The notes beneath the pieces are model-generated. The model saw nothing but the letters and a program-made list of their open reading frames with translations. It was not told where the DNA came from and made no database searches. This document shows positions 14,001 to 25,666 of a stretch of 64,000 bases of DNA, in pieces (the first letter of the stretch is position 1; each line of letters starts with the position of its first letter). Source of the DNA: Antedon mediterranea (lineage: Eukaryota; Animalia; Echinodermata); contig NC_092679.1 of the NCBI RefSeq assembly GCF_964355755.1, positions 18,459,432-18,523,431 of the forward strand, read 5' to 3'. The translations under genes were made by a program, and so were the position numbers.

Positions 14001-14334
14001 AAAACTTACGACTTTTAGGCTGACGACAAGCAGTTCCACACTGACAGTCAGGAAGGTATGCAAACTCTATTGTATTGTGTTTCACACCTGACCACTGATC
14101 GTTGTTGTTGACAGTTCGAAAAACAATAGGCCTAGCACTTGTGGCGTCGTTGACGAACCCGTGAAAAACGTAGTTTTTGTTGTCATAAACACACCGATCG
14201 TTGAAATTTACAGTTACCTGACTCCATTGAACATATTGGTTACTATTGATTAAAATTATGTAGTAAAACCAAAGGTATAAAATCGAAAATTCCTTGATTT
14301 TCCGCAGACCGTAAAACGGTGCTGTGTGAGTCAT
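11092..14334 (-). CDS. LINE ORF: N-terminal peptide + 2A-like motif + APE endonuclease + reverse transcriptase (1080 aa)
   Basis: APE motifs ETWL, GGGV, YRPP, GDFN, LDL, SDH; RT motifs KSPGPDG, YRPISL, QHGF, KAFD, GVPQGSVLGPLLF, YADD, KYLG. Confidence 0.95.
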   Translation of the reverse strand: MTHTAPFYGLRKIKEFSILYLWFYYIILINSNQYVQWSQVTVNFNDRCVYDNKNYVFHGFVNDATSARPIVFRTVNNNDQWSGVKHNTIEFAYLPDCQCGTACRQPKSRKFFSRPIAYYSNHTACFSIDILSAGDIETNPGPMNSRMKDLNEIHRPNNIKIAMFNARSIANKIQDLQVRIENNVDIVLLTETWLDPTIKSAEIFPLDYCVHRNDRNRHGGGVLIACKHSIDVLSVDIDTNIEVQLAEIHVSGGSILLGCVYRPPSSSREWLTNFQELSDNILSIMHKYTAVIIAGDFNYDFGSNSNCNIEFENIMSSLNLVQLVNFPTRYANNGSHSMLDLVFCNNNDIIHNVTGEPGISTSDHIGIFFDLAGRLVCPKQVPRYFYQYKKVNHDDFFQTLNSVPWDICFTQLNLDSTWACFKDLFLAAIDDCIPKAKSKPRRKSIWITTEIIKMSRKKRRLYRDAKKHPNNMYKWEKYRKFSNALRETTRKSHYDYLHNLSLGCKSNPKRFWSYVKKKRKCATERKYTLNGNIIDSDLNATKAFSKYFHSNFTEDNDDFNVTNETSYCNHSEIVLPLTSIVINRDQIFRALLSLDTNKSPGPDGITPMMLSMAAPVISPILLKIFQMSLDQGIVVKEWKLANVVPIFKSGSRNDISNYRPISLCSVVGKVLERIVADHFLFHLQCNAFVSPVQHGFYPGRSCVTQASSIYHEWSKILDGTNPPVVDAIFLDWEKAFDRVSHPKLLRKLHNFGLCGPILKWMGSFLTDRCQQIVLNGLISDRTQVVSGVPQGSVLGPLLFNSFVFDLPMSITSQIRQYADDTVVFRPIRCEYDAILLQKDLDNIDEWCQNNMMRLNAKKCKVLHITRKRNPIHARYHIHTNDLQAVTSYKYLGIHFESNLSWSTHVSAITTKSLQIVGFIKRFVIFNDPVILMRLFNGLCRPILEYAAPVWVPHQKQHITSINKPLRRITKLCAKGDYEQRLEHLNLPSMDQRVCFLSILFIMKCMYGRIDLNIHDFVDFNPRYSESVIFKHKYARTNSFKYSLYTNFPRVWQEIPNYIREHSLFSFNTFVTALRSYVRQL
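13909..13935 (-). other. 2A-like (StopGo ribosome-skipping) motif GDIETNPG|P, residues 134-142
   Basis: Exact match to the D(V/I)ExNPGP consensus, immediately upstream of the APE domain. Confidence 0.85.
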
Positions 14335-14355
14335 TGTCGTCTAGCATTCGTATCG

Positions 14356-14550
14356 TAACTATACATACACATTATGCTATAATTTACATACACATTATGC
14401 TATAATTTAAATAGTAAAAGAATAACAATACTTTTAATAAAAGTATTGTCCACACCAGATTTTGTTGAAAAAGATGGCTAGGCCTAAATGCACATACACA
14501 TTTTAAGCTATCATTTTAAATAGTAAATGAATACACTACTTTTAATGAAA
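14356..14550. repeat. Right part of the tandem repeat (about 100-bp unit) flanking the LINE
   Basis: Continues the 10636-10805 unit across the TSD. Confidence 0.75.
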
Positions 14551-16909
14551 CTTGATCATCAGATAAGAGTATTTAGAGCAATAATATAGAAATAGGCCAC
14601 TTTCACATGAGGTGAAAGTTTAATGAATTCCTAATGAAATTAACTTCATAGACATACAGTAACTGAATTTGTTGTATTTCAACGTACAAACAAGCCATAC
14701 TTAACAATATAGTAGAATGCATTTAAGACCCAAAAGAGTTTACTCTGAATAGGGGTTGACCACACAGTGTCAAGACATATATAATTTCACAAGAAAGTGT
14801 ATCGGTGTCCCTCAAATTTGGGTGTCCAAAAAAAGGTGTTCCACATTCACTTACAGATCGTTGGACATAGGTAACTCGCGTAGCACTTTGGTCTTCATAG
14901 AAACAGTCCACCTTCACATGGGGCAAGCGGGGCAAGCAGAGCCGTATATTCCTAAAGTATTAAACTCTTCATTCCCAGTATAAATACAAAGATGGGAATT
15001 CTTTGCTAAGTTCAATCACCGACCGCTACAAGAACTTAGTTACAAATTTCAGCAATCTATACAATCTATAATAATCCGCAGTATTTGAATCAATGTGAGA
15101 ATATTAAAACTCTTGGTATATCTACATAAAAAATGAACCTCTCACAATGAAAGCTTCAATTCAGTTATGGAAAGCTAAACTATGTGCTATCAGTATAAAA
15201 CAAGAGTTCCACTTCCTTCTGAAAAATCTACATACACTGAATGAACAGGAAACAGTTTTACAGAACCTTGCTTCCTGGTTCCACGGACGAAAGTTCACAG
15301 CCAATCATCTTCTAGCAACTTTGCTATGTGCTAAGATGACTTAATAAACAAGTAAAAGATAAGCTTTATGTCTCTCGTTAGGATTAGGGCTAACGAGCAA
15401 GGTTAATTTAACTATTCTTAGAGTGTGGGTGGTCATTGGGCAGTTCTAGCCGTCTATTTCGAATGTGGAATAATATTTGTTATTTCTGTATCTGTGACTA
15501 AAAACAATATTTATAAATAAATAAAATTAAAATTTTTTTTTTAAATAAAGAATTTTCCTAAGGATAATCTAATAATTGAAATGTATGAAAGAAATTCAGT
15601 TACTTGATCAGATGTTTTGTCTTAATTGGATATAACAATTTAAGTAAATATTGGGTGGGACTTGAACCCAAAACCTCTGTCTGGCATTCATATCCCAAGA
15701 CCACATAGCTTGCACTGATGGCCAATATATTCGATCCCAATAAAGCAGTATAAACTGCACTAAGGGCTAAGTTCAGATGTTTTGCCATACTGTGAAAAAA
15801 CCTTTCAAATTCACCTACATATACTTTGTCAAATTTCGTCCGTTTTTTAACCTTTTGTGGACAGTGTTCATTCAAGTCTTCGTACATGCATCATTTCATG
15901 ATTGTTCATTAAAGTTAATTATCATTTAACATAAATACTTTATACTATTTAAGTATTCTGGAATAGGGTCAGTAAACACGGTGAAATAAAGTGCTAGACT
16001 TAACACATTTTCCCATCTTTTAAATTATACTTTTCTGATTTAATTTTTTCCAAAACATATTAAAGCAGGAGCTTTGACATAGAACAAAATGTAATGAATG
16101 ACTATTGCCATATTGTTTTGAAAACTAAACTTAAAAAAAAAAAAAAAACCTCAATGTGGGCGGTCCAATGTAAGGGTGTCAAATTTTTCTTGACTATAGT
16201 CCAAGAAGGAAATAAAATGTGAAAAATGTGCAACTGAGTGTAATAAATATCATCAAAACCTCAAAAGAATATTTCCAAATTTTGCATTTTATTACCTCTG
16301 TCCCTACAGACAAAAACTGAAGTTTATTTTTTTAAACCTAATATTTAAAAAGTCATTTACCTGACCTAATATTTAAAAGGTCATTAACCATAGTAGCACT
16401 ATACTTTTTGAAAAATCACTTAATAACATTCTTTATTAGATATCTGCTGATTTCAATCTAGAAAATTGTATTTATTCAACTTCAACATATTTCTCGATTC
16501 TGATACATTTAGTACAAAAACGAAACCTCAATACTAAATCCTGTATAGATAATATAATATTGATATTTACATAATTTAATAACATAAACAGATGATGTCA
16601 TTCCAACTGAATGTGAAACTTGAAGTATTCTTAACCTAAGATGACCCTTGCTGGCAACCACCTTTATATCCTAGTTTCTGAATCCAAGATATCATAAACT
16701 CAAGACATACATTACTAAATGACAACAAATTTTAGCAAATATGACGTCCAGAAATAGAGCAACACCATTTTTATGATCTTAATGTTCACAGAAAAATTTA
16801 AACAATTCATTTTTAGTAAACAAAAATGTATGTCTAATCATTCATTAAATAGATATACCAGTGAAGACTCTTTCCCGACATACAGAATTAGCCTCCAAAA
16901 TGGACTTAC

Positions 16910-17023
16910 TTCGTTTTCATTGCATCCCATAATGCCGTTTCGTCGGATATCCATGGATTCGGAGCCTCCATTGTCGTTATCAGGCCGTCGTATTCCCTAT
17001 ATTGCTGACAGTAAGACACCAAT
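16910..17023 (-). CDS. RGS7: RGS7-like exon, GGL domain
   Basis: LVSYCQQYREYDGLITTMEAPNPWISDETALWDAMKT; tttag/gtaagt. Confidence 0.92.
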
Positions 17024-17490
17024 CTAAACAAAATGCAAATTTAAAATTGATATTTTTTCCTTAATTCTTTTCTCTGTATTTTAAAGGGGGGTTAAAAGCA
17101 ACCTGGAATTCTATTGTAATCCCAGCCTGCAACAATCACAAGGAATAACCCCATGCGTTGTAAAACAATCAATAGGTTAGACCATTATATACTGATACTG
17201 TGACCAGGACACAGCGACCAGGACTTAAACATAGGATCATGAAATTGGTAAGCCAAACACCAGGCTATGGTATTTCACCACAAAATGAGGAAAATAGTGG
17301 TAGAACAATTTAATATCTCTTTTCCTCCTATCACACAATCAAATTAAACACATTAGTACAATTACATAAACAAAACTAAATACAAGTTACACAAACTAAA
17401 ACCTGCTTCTAAGCATATAATTGTACAATCAATTGTCACCTTTCAGGCCTAAAAACTCTGTATGTATATGTATTACAAAAATCAACTTAC

Positions 17491-17552
17491 AGTTCTGCTA
17501 CTTTTGAAGTTTTATATTGTCGCTTTTCAAGTCTTGCTTTTAGCATATCCAC
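17491..17552 (-). CDS. RGS7: RGS7-like exon, GGL N-terminal part
   Basis: VDMLKARLEKRQYKTSKVAE; ttcttag/gtaagt. Confidence 0.88.
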
Positions 17553-18997
17553 CTAAGAACAACAACAAACGTAAATATATAGCACAAAACACATCGAAGA
17601 GGAAGTATTAAAAATTACCACAACCCCAAAAAAATCACCACAATCTATATTAAAAGGTTACAGTAAAATTGAAACTGATTGTTCAAAACAAGGTAAAACA
17701 GATCATGGTTATACAATGTGAATTGTCCATGTGGAAAATCTGAGTGGCCCTCCACTGTTTTGTGTGACGTAGTTTAGTATAAAAATCAACATAATAGTAA
17801 CAATATTTTATATTATGTTTTGTACATTTCTCTCTGAATGCTTTCTTCACATTCTTTTTTGGCTTTATATTTTTTATCTCAATGGAGGTCAAAGGTCAAT
17901 TATTGTTGATTTTTGCATTTAGCATAGTATTAATATTTCACCTTTGGTTATAAATGCATAAACATTATCTGCAAAAACAATAATTATTTAATAACTATTC
18001 TAATTACAAAAAAATTACTCAATAATCTTTATTTCCTGAAGATACTATGACAGCTTTTTTAAATAAATATAATATTGTACAATGACCACATCAGTTGTAA
18101 TGCCACTATCAACAAGTTGATTATTATGCATTTTAAAAATAGTTCTATGTCCTGGGTGGGCTTATACCTGAAGAGCCAGGCCTCATAATCCTTCCCCCAC
18201 CCCCACCACCCCACACCCCTTAGTTCATATGAATGGACTAATACCAATATCCTAATAAGGGTAACACTAAAGGGGTTGGCAGAGTGTATATGATATGATT
18301 GATATATTGTCAATTTCAAGGGAAAGTTGTTCCTATAGGATGGAGGATGTTACACCAAAGGGGTCTACCATTGTATTTGTTCATTTTAAAAGTTTATAAG
18401 GTTTAATATTGTATTGCATTTTATCTTGATTAAATGTAATTCATTTACAGAGCGTAAAACTAGGGAGGTATAAAAATAATAATCAAATAATATAATAATT
18501 TTTTGATAATAACATTTATATAGCTGCCTGGTAAAACAATGGAGTAATTAGTTCATTTAGTTTCTAAATTCCTTAAAACAAAGTAACAATTTGGAATTCT
18601 GTGTGAAAAATACTAAAATTCAAAAGCTACAAGTTTAAGTTCATTAAAAAAAAAATTTGGATAACCGTTCAATTGACGTTTAAGAGGTTCATTTGGGATG
18701 GTCTTTGCGGTTGTAGTATTTAATCTATATATCCTCTAATAACGAAAAGGATATAACTATTTAACCACACAAGACCATAAGTACACAATACCTGTTTGTT
18801 AATGTTACATTAAAGGAATACATTTGACACCTTACGTCTGTCTCGATTATCACATGATGGCATATTATTCATTACTTTACCGCATAAAACGATGAGCTAT
18901 GCTAAACCATTTTTAACCAGTACCATGACGGAACTAGTCAGACAAGGTCCGGTTCCTGAATAAAACATGTGCACGTGGTGTTGTTTCCACACATTAA

Positions 18998-19101
18998 AGG
19001 TTGGTTCCCACTAGGACGCAACGCAGGGATGTAAGCACGCCTTAAGTAATTCAACTAATCTGGATCAACTCGTTTGTGTTGCGTACATGCGAGAACCAAG
19101 C
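18998..19101. mobile_element. Short MITE (Harbinger-like)
   Basis: Imperfect TIRs AGGTTGGTTCCCA / GAGAACCAAGCT with internal inverted ACGCAAC/GTTGCGT. Confidence 0.4.
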
Positions 19102-20547
19102 TTATGTATGTTCGTCGGACAAACAATTTGGCGCCCATATACACATTTGTTCACTCATAATTACAAATCCAGCACACAGTTCCTACTACTGTAGCTGGCT
19201 ATCTTATTCAAAACCCAGCCAAGTATACTTCACCATGTGTGTTATACAGCATCATTGTGTGGCACTACATAGTTTCGTAGCATGCTGGCACAACTGTCTG
19301 TTTTTTACCAAAAAACTAGATCAATTCATAGAAAGCTCTACAACATAAAAATAAAATCTTACATATAGGTAGGCCTATCGTACATTGTAGCAAACTAGGA
19401 TCTTTTGTGTGTGGAAAAAATTGAATATCAGCTCTTTGTACTAGCTTATAATCCTCTTGTCCAAACACAATGCTTAGGCCTACTACACCAGCTTATATGG
19501 ATCATGTTTGTATGTGAATGAAGTCATGAGGAGTATATCTTAATTCCCGTCTCTCAGCTGTTACATTTTTCTCACACTTTGACCTAAACGCATTAAGTAG
19601 TGGTTTCAAAACGATGAACAAACTATTGTTTTACATAATCTCTGTGAAAGTTGAGCAATTTAGAATGTGAAGTAGTACACATGAGCATGAATGATTCTAT
19701 TGTACATGTCAATATCATAGTTCTGCCTCTTAACATAGACACTTAGCATTACATCAAATAATTAGTATATTGCGATTCTATATATTTAAATATACATAAA
19801 CATTTTTCTTTGTAATTGTACACCACCACCACTATGTATCTATGATTGAGGTAAAATATATCAAGTAATTATAAAAGTTGGCAATTGCCAATACAGTATA
19901 TAAAAATGAAAAATCCAAGGGTATATATTTATGCACAAATATATCTCTTTTAAAAAATAAGTGACAAAATAGATTAAACAAAAAAAGAATAAAAAAATGT
20001 TTTTTTACTGTATCGTGTGAATTTATACAACATTGCTTTCTTGATATTTTCTTCTAAATACATATTGTTAAATTTATTTTCTTGCTGAATGATGTAGTTA
20101 TAAATTTGATTGTAATTGGAGAGAATACACCAACCTTCTTAGTGTAAAGTGCCATTGGTGAGCAACATGCAAAATGCAGATCGGAACAGCTCTGAACAGC
20201 ATGAAGAAAAGCGCCCCCATACAACAAAAATGTAAAAGGAAAACAAACAATTGAAAAACATAACGTAGAGTATACCGTACAGTCAACTCCGACAAAACCA
20301 GATATCGAGCACATTGGAAACTTTTTACTATTGTTGCTATAAAAACAAGGTTGACATTTATCAATGTTTTTGATTAAGTCAAGATGTGAGTGAAAGGCTG
20401 AGACTTTATTTATCTTACTAAATGGTCTTTTTCATCTAAGATTTCAGTGTAAATAATCATTAAAAATAATTGATGTCTGATTTTAGGGGAGTTGACTGTA
20501 ATAAACAAAGGATAGACAAATAGATTTGAAACATTTGAAAAAAACTA

Positions 20548-20720
20548 AAGTAGAACCTCCATTATGGGGACAACGTCCGGGACCCAACAAAGTGGCGATT
20601 TAATAGGGGTTTCCTCTGAATAGGGGTTAGCAGCAGTTTTGAATAATATATTTGCCCTTGCTTTTTTCAATACGAAAAGTGTCCCTTTAATAGGGGTGTT
20701 CAAAAGGAGGAGTTCTACTG
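20548..20720. mobile_element. Tc1/mariner-like MITE, family CAGTAGAAC
   Basis: AGTAGAACCTCC...GGAGTTCTACTG followed by TA. Confidence 0.6.
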
Positions 20721-21774
20721 TATTCAAGTATACGGTGAGGGGAAAAGAGAGCTTGGATTTTATGACACAGTAAGTTACACCATGGCGAGTGCCACAACCA
20801 GTTGTTCAAATCCTCCATAGGAAGTGTTAACACAAAGGATTGTGGGAATGAGAAGAAACAGAATTTAAAAAAAAATGTCATTAACATAGCTGTAACTGGT
20901 CAATAACTAAGAATAAAAATATACATTTACATTGAAGTAAAAATGCATAAAGAAAAGAACGATGCAAAAATATATATATTAATACATATTAATGCGAGAC
21001 ATTCTAGTTTTTTTAACAGCAAACTTTGTAGTGACTAATATACAGTAGTACAGGTGCATTGTAAAAACAGAAGTCTTCAAACTTTGAATAAGGTATAGAT
21101 TTTTTTCTAATATATTGTAAGTACACATGGAGGGCGACAAACACAATATTATGCTTTTCTTTTTAGTTTGTCACAAACAATAATTAGATGAAAATTAATT
21201 CAGAATGTAATTTGTTGATGAATAAACCAATAATTAAGATAACAAAATTATTTGAGGCTATAGAGAGTGAAGTAGAAAGAGTTGTGAGTCACTAGGTCAT
21301 TTGATACTTTTTTCTGTAATATTGTTATGTATATGCTTTGAAATTAAAAAATGTAGGATTAAAAATTGAACTCTTTCGTAAAAGCTATATTATTAATGTG
21401 AACCCAATCATAGTCAATTGAATATAACCCAATAGAAATCCTTCTACCACATACAACAGAATAATGTTATATTAATAAGGGTACGTCTGCGAGCAATTAT
21501 GTTTCGCTGTTGGTACTACTCTATTAGTACTAGCTAGGCTAGATATCTCTACCGAAAACAACAGGTCTAAAAAAGGACATGCAAAAGATTGTTAGCCTGG
21601 ACTGGTGGGATGTAACGGTGTATTTCAAAAGTTAACGCAGAATCCTTTTTATCCTCTGGAGTCTCTCGGTATAATTCTCCCTACAAAATAACATGTTATT
21701 TCGGTCTGATCATCGATCGAGCAAATAAACAGCATGCTTTTTGAGTGAGTGTTGCCATACTCACAAGTTGACTA

Positions 21775-21873
21775 GAGGTCAAAGTGTGGTCAATAATCGC
21801 TATTTGTGTTGCAGCTAAAAACTGCTCTGCAATAATCGGTTAAAATACGCAATGGATTGAGTGTTTTTAATCG
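21775..21873. repeat. Dispersed repeat of about 100 bp, second copy at 47072-47170
   Basis: GAGGTCAAA.TGTGGTCAA.AATCGCTATTTGTGTTGCAGCTAAAAACTGCTC...GGATTGAGTGTTTTTAA near-identical in both places. Confidence 0.8.
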
Positions 21874-22949
21874 GTTATGTCATTTTGCATCGTTTCTGGT
21901 GCCCAAAAATAATCAATTAAAAAAATAATCAATTAATAACCGAATTATTCCTGCTCAGCAGAAACAGGCCCTAGACCAGGATTGAACCCTGGGCTTTGGG
22001 AATAGAAGGCAAGTATGTCAACTATCAAGGTACAAGCTCCATTAAGGTATACATTACCACAACAGGCTTTTATAGTGGGTTATAAATAAACAATACAACG
22101 AGGTCTACATGTAGATAAACTTGGGTGGTAGTATTTTAGCATGTTTTTTTTGCTTTGTTTGTGTTTTTTTTACCATATTTATATGGACACAAGATGCTCT
22201 ACAGTCTTTGGGAGTGGAGTTGTAATTTTGTCCTTAGAAAAAATCACGACATGTGATGGGAATTGAACCCAGGACCCTTGGAGTGGTAGCAAGCATCATA
22301 ACCACCAAGTAGCCACAACTCTACTCCTGTTTGATAGCAACTGTAGGCCATAGAGAGCAAACTGGCAAAAATTCTAGGATATACATCTTGTAAAAGTAGT
22401 ATACTCTCATGGAATCTCTTGACTACCTAAACTAAATCCTAGCCTATTTACATTTTCCCTTGACAGATGTGGGCAATACGTGCTAATAATACTATCATTT
22501 TAAATGCACTTGTTTGAAAAGTAAACATGCCAATTATCAGTTAGTATGTACAATCAAAATATTTACACACACACTTGACTGATAGTTAGTATAAATCTAA
22601 TTGATGAATCTACTCGCATACATTTAAAAACGACAGTGATGGTGGAAGAAGTGTAAATTTATCACTTTTTCACTCATTGTAGTATAAAGATATTAAATAC
22701 ATTTCACAAAAGACAGCTAGAGTAAATAGAAAAAGGATAAATTATCACTTAGTTCCTATTGTAGTTGATATTGTATAAATGTTCAATGATAGTTACTGAT
22801 AATAGGAGAAAATGATATTGTTGTTATCACTTTTATCTTTGTATCATTTTTTTTTATTGATCAATGATCTTCTGGTATGTGTGTATGATCAAATACAATT
22901 TTAAAAACTACTATGTCATAATTACAATAGATATCTTATATATATATAT

Positions 22950-23115
22950 GCACTGATGAAGGGCTAGTGTTGCCCGAAAGCTCTGCTAACTTTTCTGGCT
23001 GTTTACTTTATCGTTTTGATTTAGCTTTTCGCTTTTTATTTTTGTATCTCCATTGAGATCCAGCCACTGATACCCACAGCATTGTCATTTTTTTCAGTAA
23101 TTTGCCTTTGGATTT
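22950..23115 (+). mobile_element. Penelope-like element terminal (pLTR) remnant between (TA)n tracts
   Basis: Begins with a hammerhead core; flanked on both sides by TA microsatellite. Confidence 0.55.
22953..22990 (+). ncRNA. Minimal hammerhead ribozyme core (stem I missing)
   Basis: CTGATGA-A-GGGC tagtgtt GCCC-GAAA-GC tct GC-TA; no 5' partner for stem I. Confidence 0.55.
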
Positions 23116-23200
23116 ATACATATATATATATATATATTATGTATTTAGAATTAATGTTCATTGCCTGATGTGTTTATATATATACATATATAAATATATA

Positions 23201-23699
23201 CGTTAAGTCTGGAAAAGAAGTAAAAACTACAGTTTGGTCTCTACAGGCTTGTTTCGTGAGTTGTGCAACTCACTCATCAGGAGACTATAATGAGAAGAAT
23301 CAATTACAACGCTGCTTATAAGCACATTTACTTGTAGAATTAGCATTTACAGGTGATATGTTTTGGAATGTCAGCTGTTATGTAACAATGCTTTCTTTCT
23401 GTGCCGGCAGGCGGACACAAGTTCGTTACGTTTGTTTAATGTCGATAATTCAGGGTGGCGGATGATAAATAATTTCTCTTTGAGGCAGAGATTGCATTTT
23501 TTGTTTGCGCTACTATATGCTTTAGTAGATGTCAAGATGCGCCATGAGGTTGTATAGTCTGTGTTATTGTCCTTGAGTGTCCAAATATGTTTACTGAGTT
23601 CAGTTGAGTTTCTAGAACGTGAATTACGGAATGATTAGGTGTGATTTCTGTATCGTGTTTTAAAATCATTTTCAGTTAGTCCGATATAAGTTTCCGAGT
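23201..23699 (-). mobile_element. Penelope-like retroelement 3' fragment (GIY-YIG endonuclease end + pLTR)
   Basis: Minus strand reads ETYIGLTENDFKTRYRNHT*SFRN...STELSKHIWTLKD...KKCNLCLKEKLFII...LNKRNELVSACRHRKK; flanked by (TA)n. Confidence 0.85.
23237..23285 (-). ncRNA. Type I hammerhead ribozyme
   Basis: GTCTC CTGATGA GTGAGTT gcac AACTCAC GAAA CA agcc TG TA GAGAC: all three stems pair, core intact, GUA cleavage triplet. Confidence 0.85.
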
Positions 23700-24185
23700 A
23701 TATTTACATATATATATATATATTATGTGTTTTAAATATGTATACCCAATTGTGAAACTATTTTTCAAAAAAATGTAAACAGTCCCTACTGTTTGTAAGT
23801 GATAATATAATAAATAACATAACCATTTGTGAAATGGTAAAAAAATATATAAAAGAGGGGTATAAAGTTGGCTTGGTTTGGATGTCCTGTTGGCACATTA
23901 TGGATTGAATTAGTACACATATAATGTAAGTGTAAACATAGCAACTAGCGTTTAAGAAATTATATAGCAAAAATGTTGCATTACAAACTTTACAAAATGC
24001 TATTAGTGTTAGCAAATAGTACAGTATCTAGGTGATGTCTGATATAGTAGCTAATTGTATCATAGAACAATGCTATGAGTGTAAACATAGAAAGTACTAT
24101 TGTGTAAAGACCCATGCACGGTAATATTTGTGACAATATCATCAACAAATTTGCACCTGTATATGTAAATATTCTAATGCCTCAC

Positions 24186-24236
24186 CTGCTTTTGTATCTC
24201 TTCTTCATGTACCGTCATATCTGTAACAGCGTAACA
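24186..24236 (-). CDS. RGS7: RGS7-like exon, linker
   Basis: CYAVTDMTVHEEEIQKQ; tttgcag/gtgagg, phase 0-0. Confidence 0.8.
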
Positions 24237-24544
24237 CTGCAAACAAGAAACAAAATGCGAGTAAATATTTAATACAAACTAAATCAACTTTGAGAAGGCG
24301 AGCGAATTAATTTATTTATGCCTATTCTTGGCAATTTTATACTGATTTTGTTGACTAACTTTAACAGTGTGTACCAGAGTCTTAAATCAGTTGCTCTGTA
24401 TGCAAATTATCCCTATATGAATGTCAATGTTTCAGAAGTGTAGTTCCCGAATAAATTATTATAATATACATCTTGCATACATTATTATCTTATCCAACAT
24501 TTATTTTCTAGATTCTGTCGGAGAGACAAACATGCCAAACTAAC

Positions 24545-24698
24545 CTTTTTAGAAGATGACCGATTCATCCGACTAACTTTCTTAATGTCCATTTCCGTTG
24601 TGTTGACGCAGCCAGGTACAGGCCGATGAACGTCCCAAAATGCCCTCTCTTGGCTGTCCAGAACTTTTCGTTCCATTTTGTCTCTCTTCTTGTCAACC
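24545..24698 (-). CDS. RGS7: RGS7-like exon, DHEX domain
   Basis: [51 protein letters not shown]. Confidence 0.95.
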
Positions 24699-25267
24699 CT
24701 ATGATGGAAACAAATTCAAAAATTATTTCTCAATTATATTACTATTATTTAAACATTCTAAATTTAACCTAAATGACTGGATTAACCAAATTGTTAAATT
24801 ATAAATTGTAAATAAATGTAAAAATAAAATTTATTTATTGACATCTTTTGTGCAATGAATAAAATCATCATATAATTATCAATTATTAAGTGCTTAATGT
24901 GTTCTAAGAACTGTTAATATATTATATATAACTATTATTACTAATAATATGATAATCAATTTTCGAGTACTAGTGATGTTAAAACGAATTTCCTATTTTA
25001 GCATATGTAAACACACCACAATTGAAACGGCAGAAAGCTGCTTGTAAAAAGCGGTTCTGTTTGTACTCTCATTATGCTGCATATCCGCTTACCGGTGCCA
25101 ATAGCTTTTTAATCACAGCCTTGTATAGGAGTATGTAGACAAAGATGAACGATGTTAAATATTCAAAATAATACTTAAATCAAAAGCCAGTGTAATAATG
25201 AATGGAATTGAATGAAAAATATCCGAAAACCAAGAAAAGACAAGCTCTTTAAAGAAATGCACAGTAG

Positions 25268-25585
25268 TAACTAAATTGTTGATAACATTTAACTAATTTG
25301 TTGATAACATTTAACTAAATTGTTGATAACATTTAACTAAATTGTTGATAACATTTAACTAAATTGTTGATAACATTTAACTAAATTGTTGATAACAATA
25401 ACATTTAACTAAATTGTTGATACCATTTAACTAAATTGTTGGTAACATGCAACTGAATTGCTATTAACATGATTGTTGATAACATGTAACTAAATTGTTG
25501 ATAACATTAACAAATTGTTGATAACATTAACAAATTCTTGATAACATTAACAAATTGTTGATATCTTTAACAAATTGTTGATAAC
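25268..25585. repeat. Minisatellite of 20-22-bp units (AACTAAATTGTTGATAACATTT)
   Basis: About 14 tandem copies; abuts the donor of the 25590 exon. Confidence 0.92.
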
Positions 25586-25589
25586 TTAC

Positions 25590-25666
25590 TTTGCTTGTAC
25601 TTCAGCTTGCATGAATATAAATTCCCACTTTCTAGAAAACATTCGTTGCAATTTTGCCAAGTTTTC
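25590..25666 (-). CDS. RGS7: RGS7-like exon, DHEX domain
   Basis: ENLAKLQRMFSRKWEFIFMQAEVQA. Confidence 0.95.

Larger units (their letters stand above)
10806..14355 (-). mobile_element. Intact CR1/L2-group non-LTR retrotransposon (LINE)
   Basis: TSD TAACTAT at 10799-10805 and 14356-14362; 3' tail TTG(AATAA)n; one uninterrupted APE-RT ORF. Confidence 0.92.

Noticed and set aside
14720-15345. Short ORFs next to the LINE 5' end as a possible ORF1
   Set aside because: They lie outside the TSD-defined element and beyond the flanking tandem repeat; no recognisable domain
20687-20887. Possible extra RGS7 exon
   Set aside because: No convincing acceptor/donor pair in phase; the flanking exons already join in frame
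23630-23645. In-frame stop in the PLE GIY-YIG remnant as a selenocysteine codon
   Set aside because: The stop is TAA, not TGA; ordinary decay
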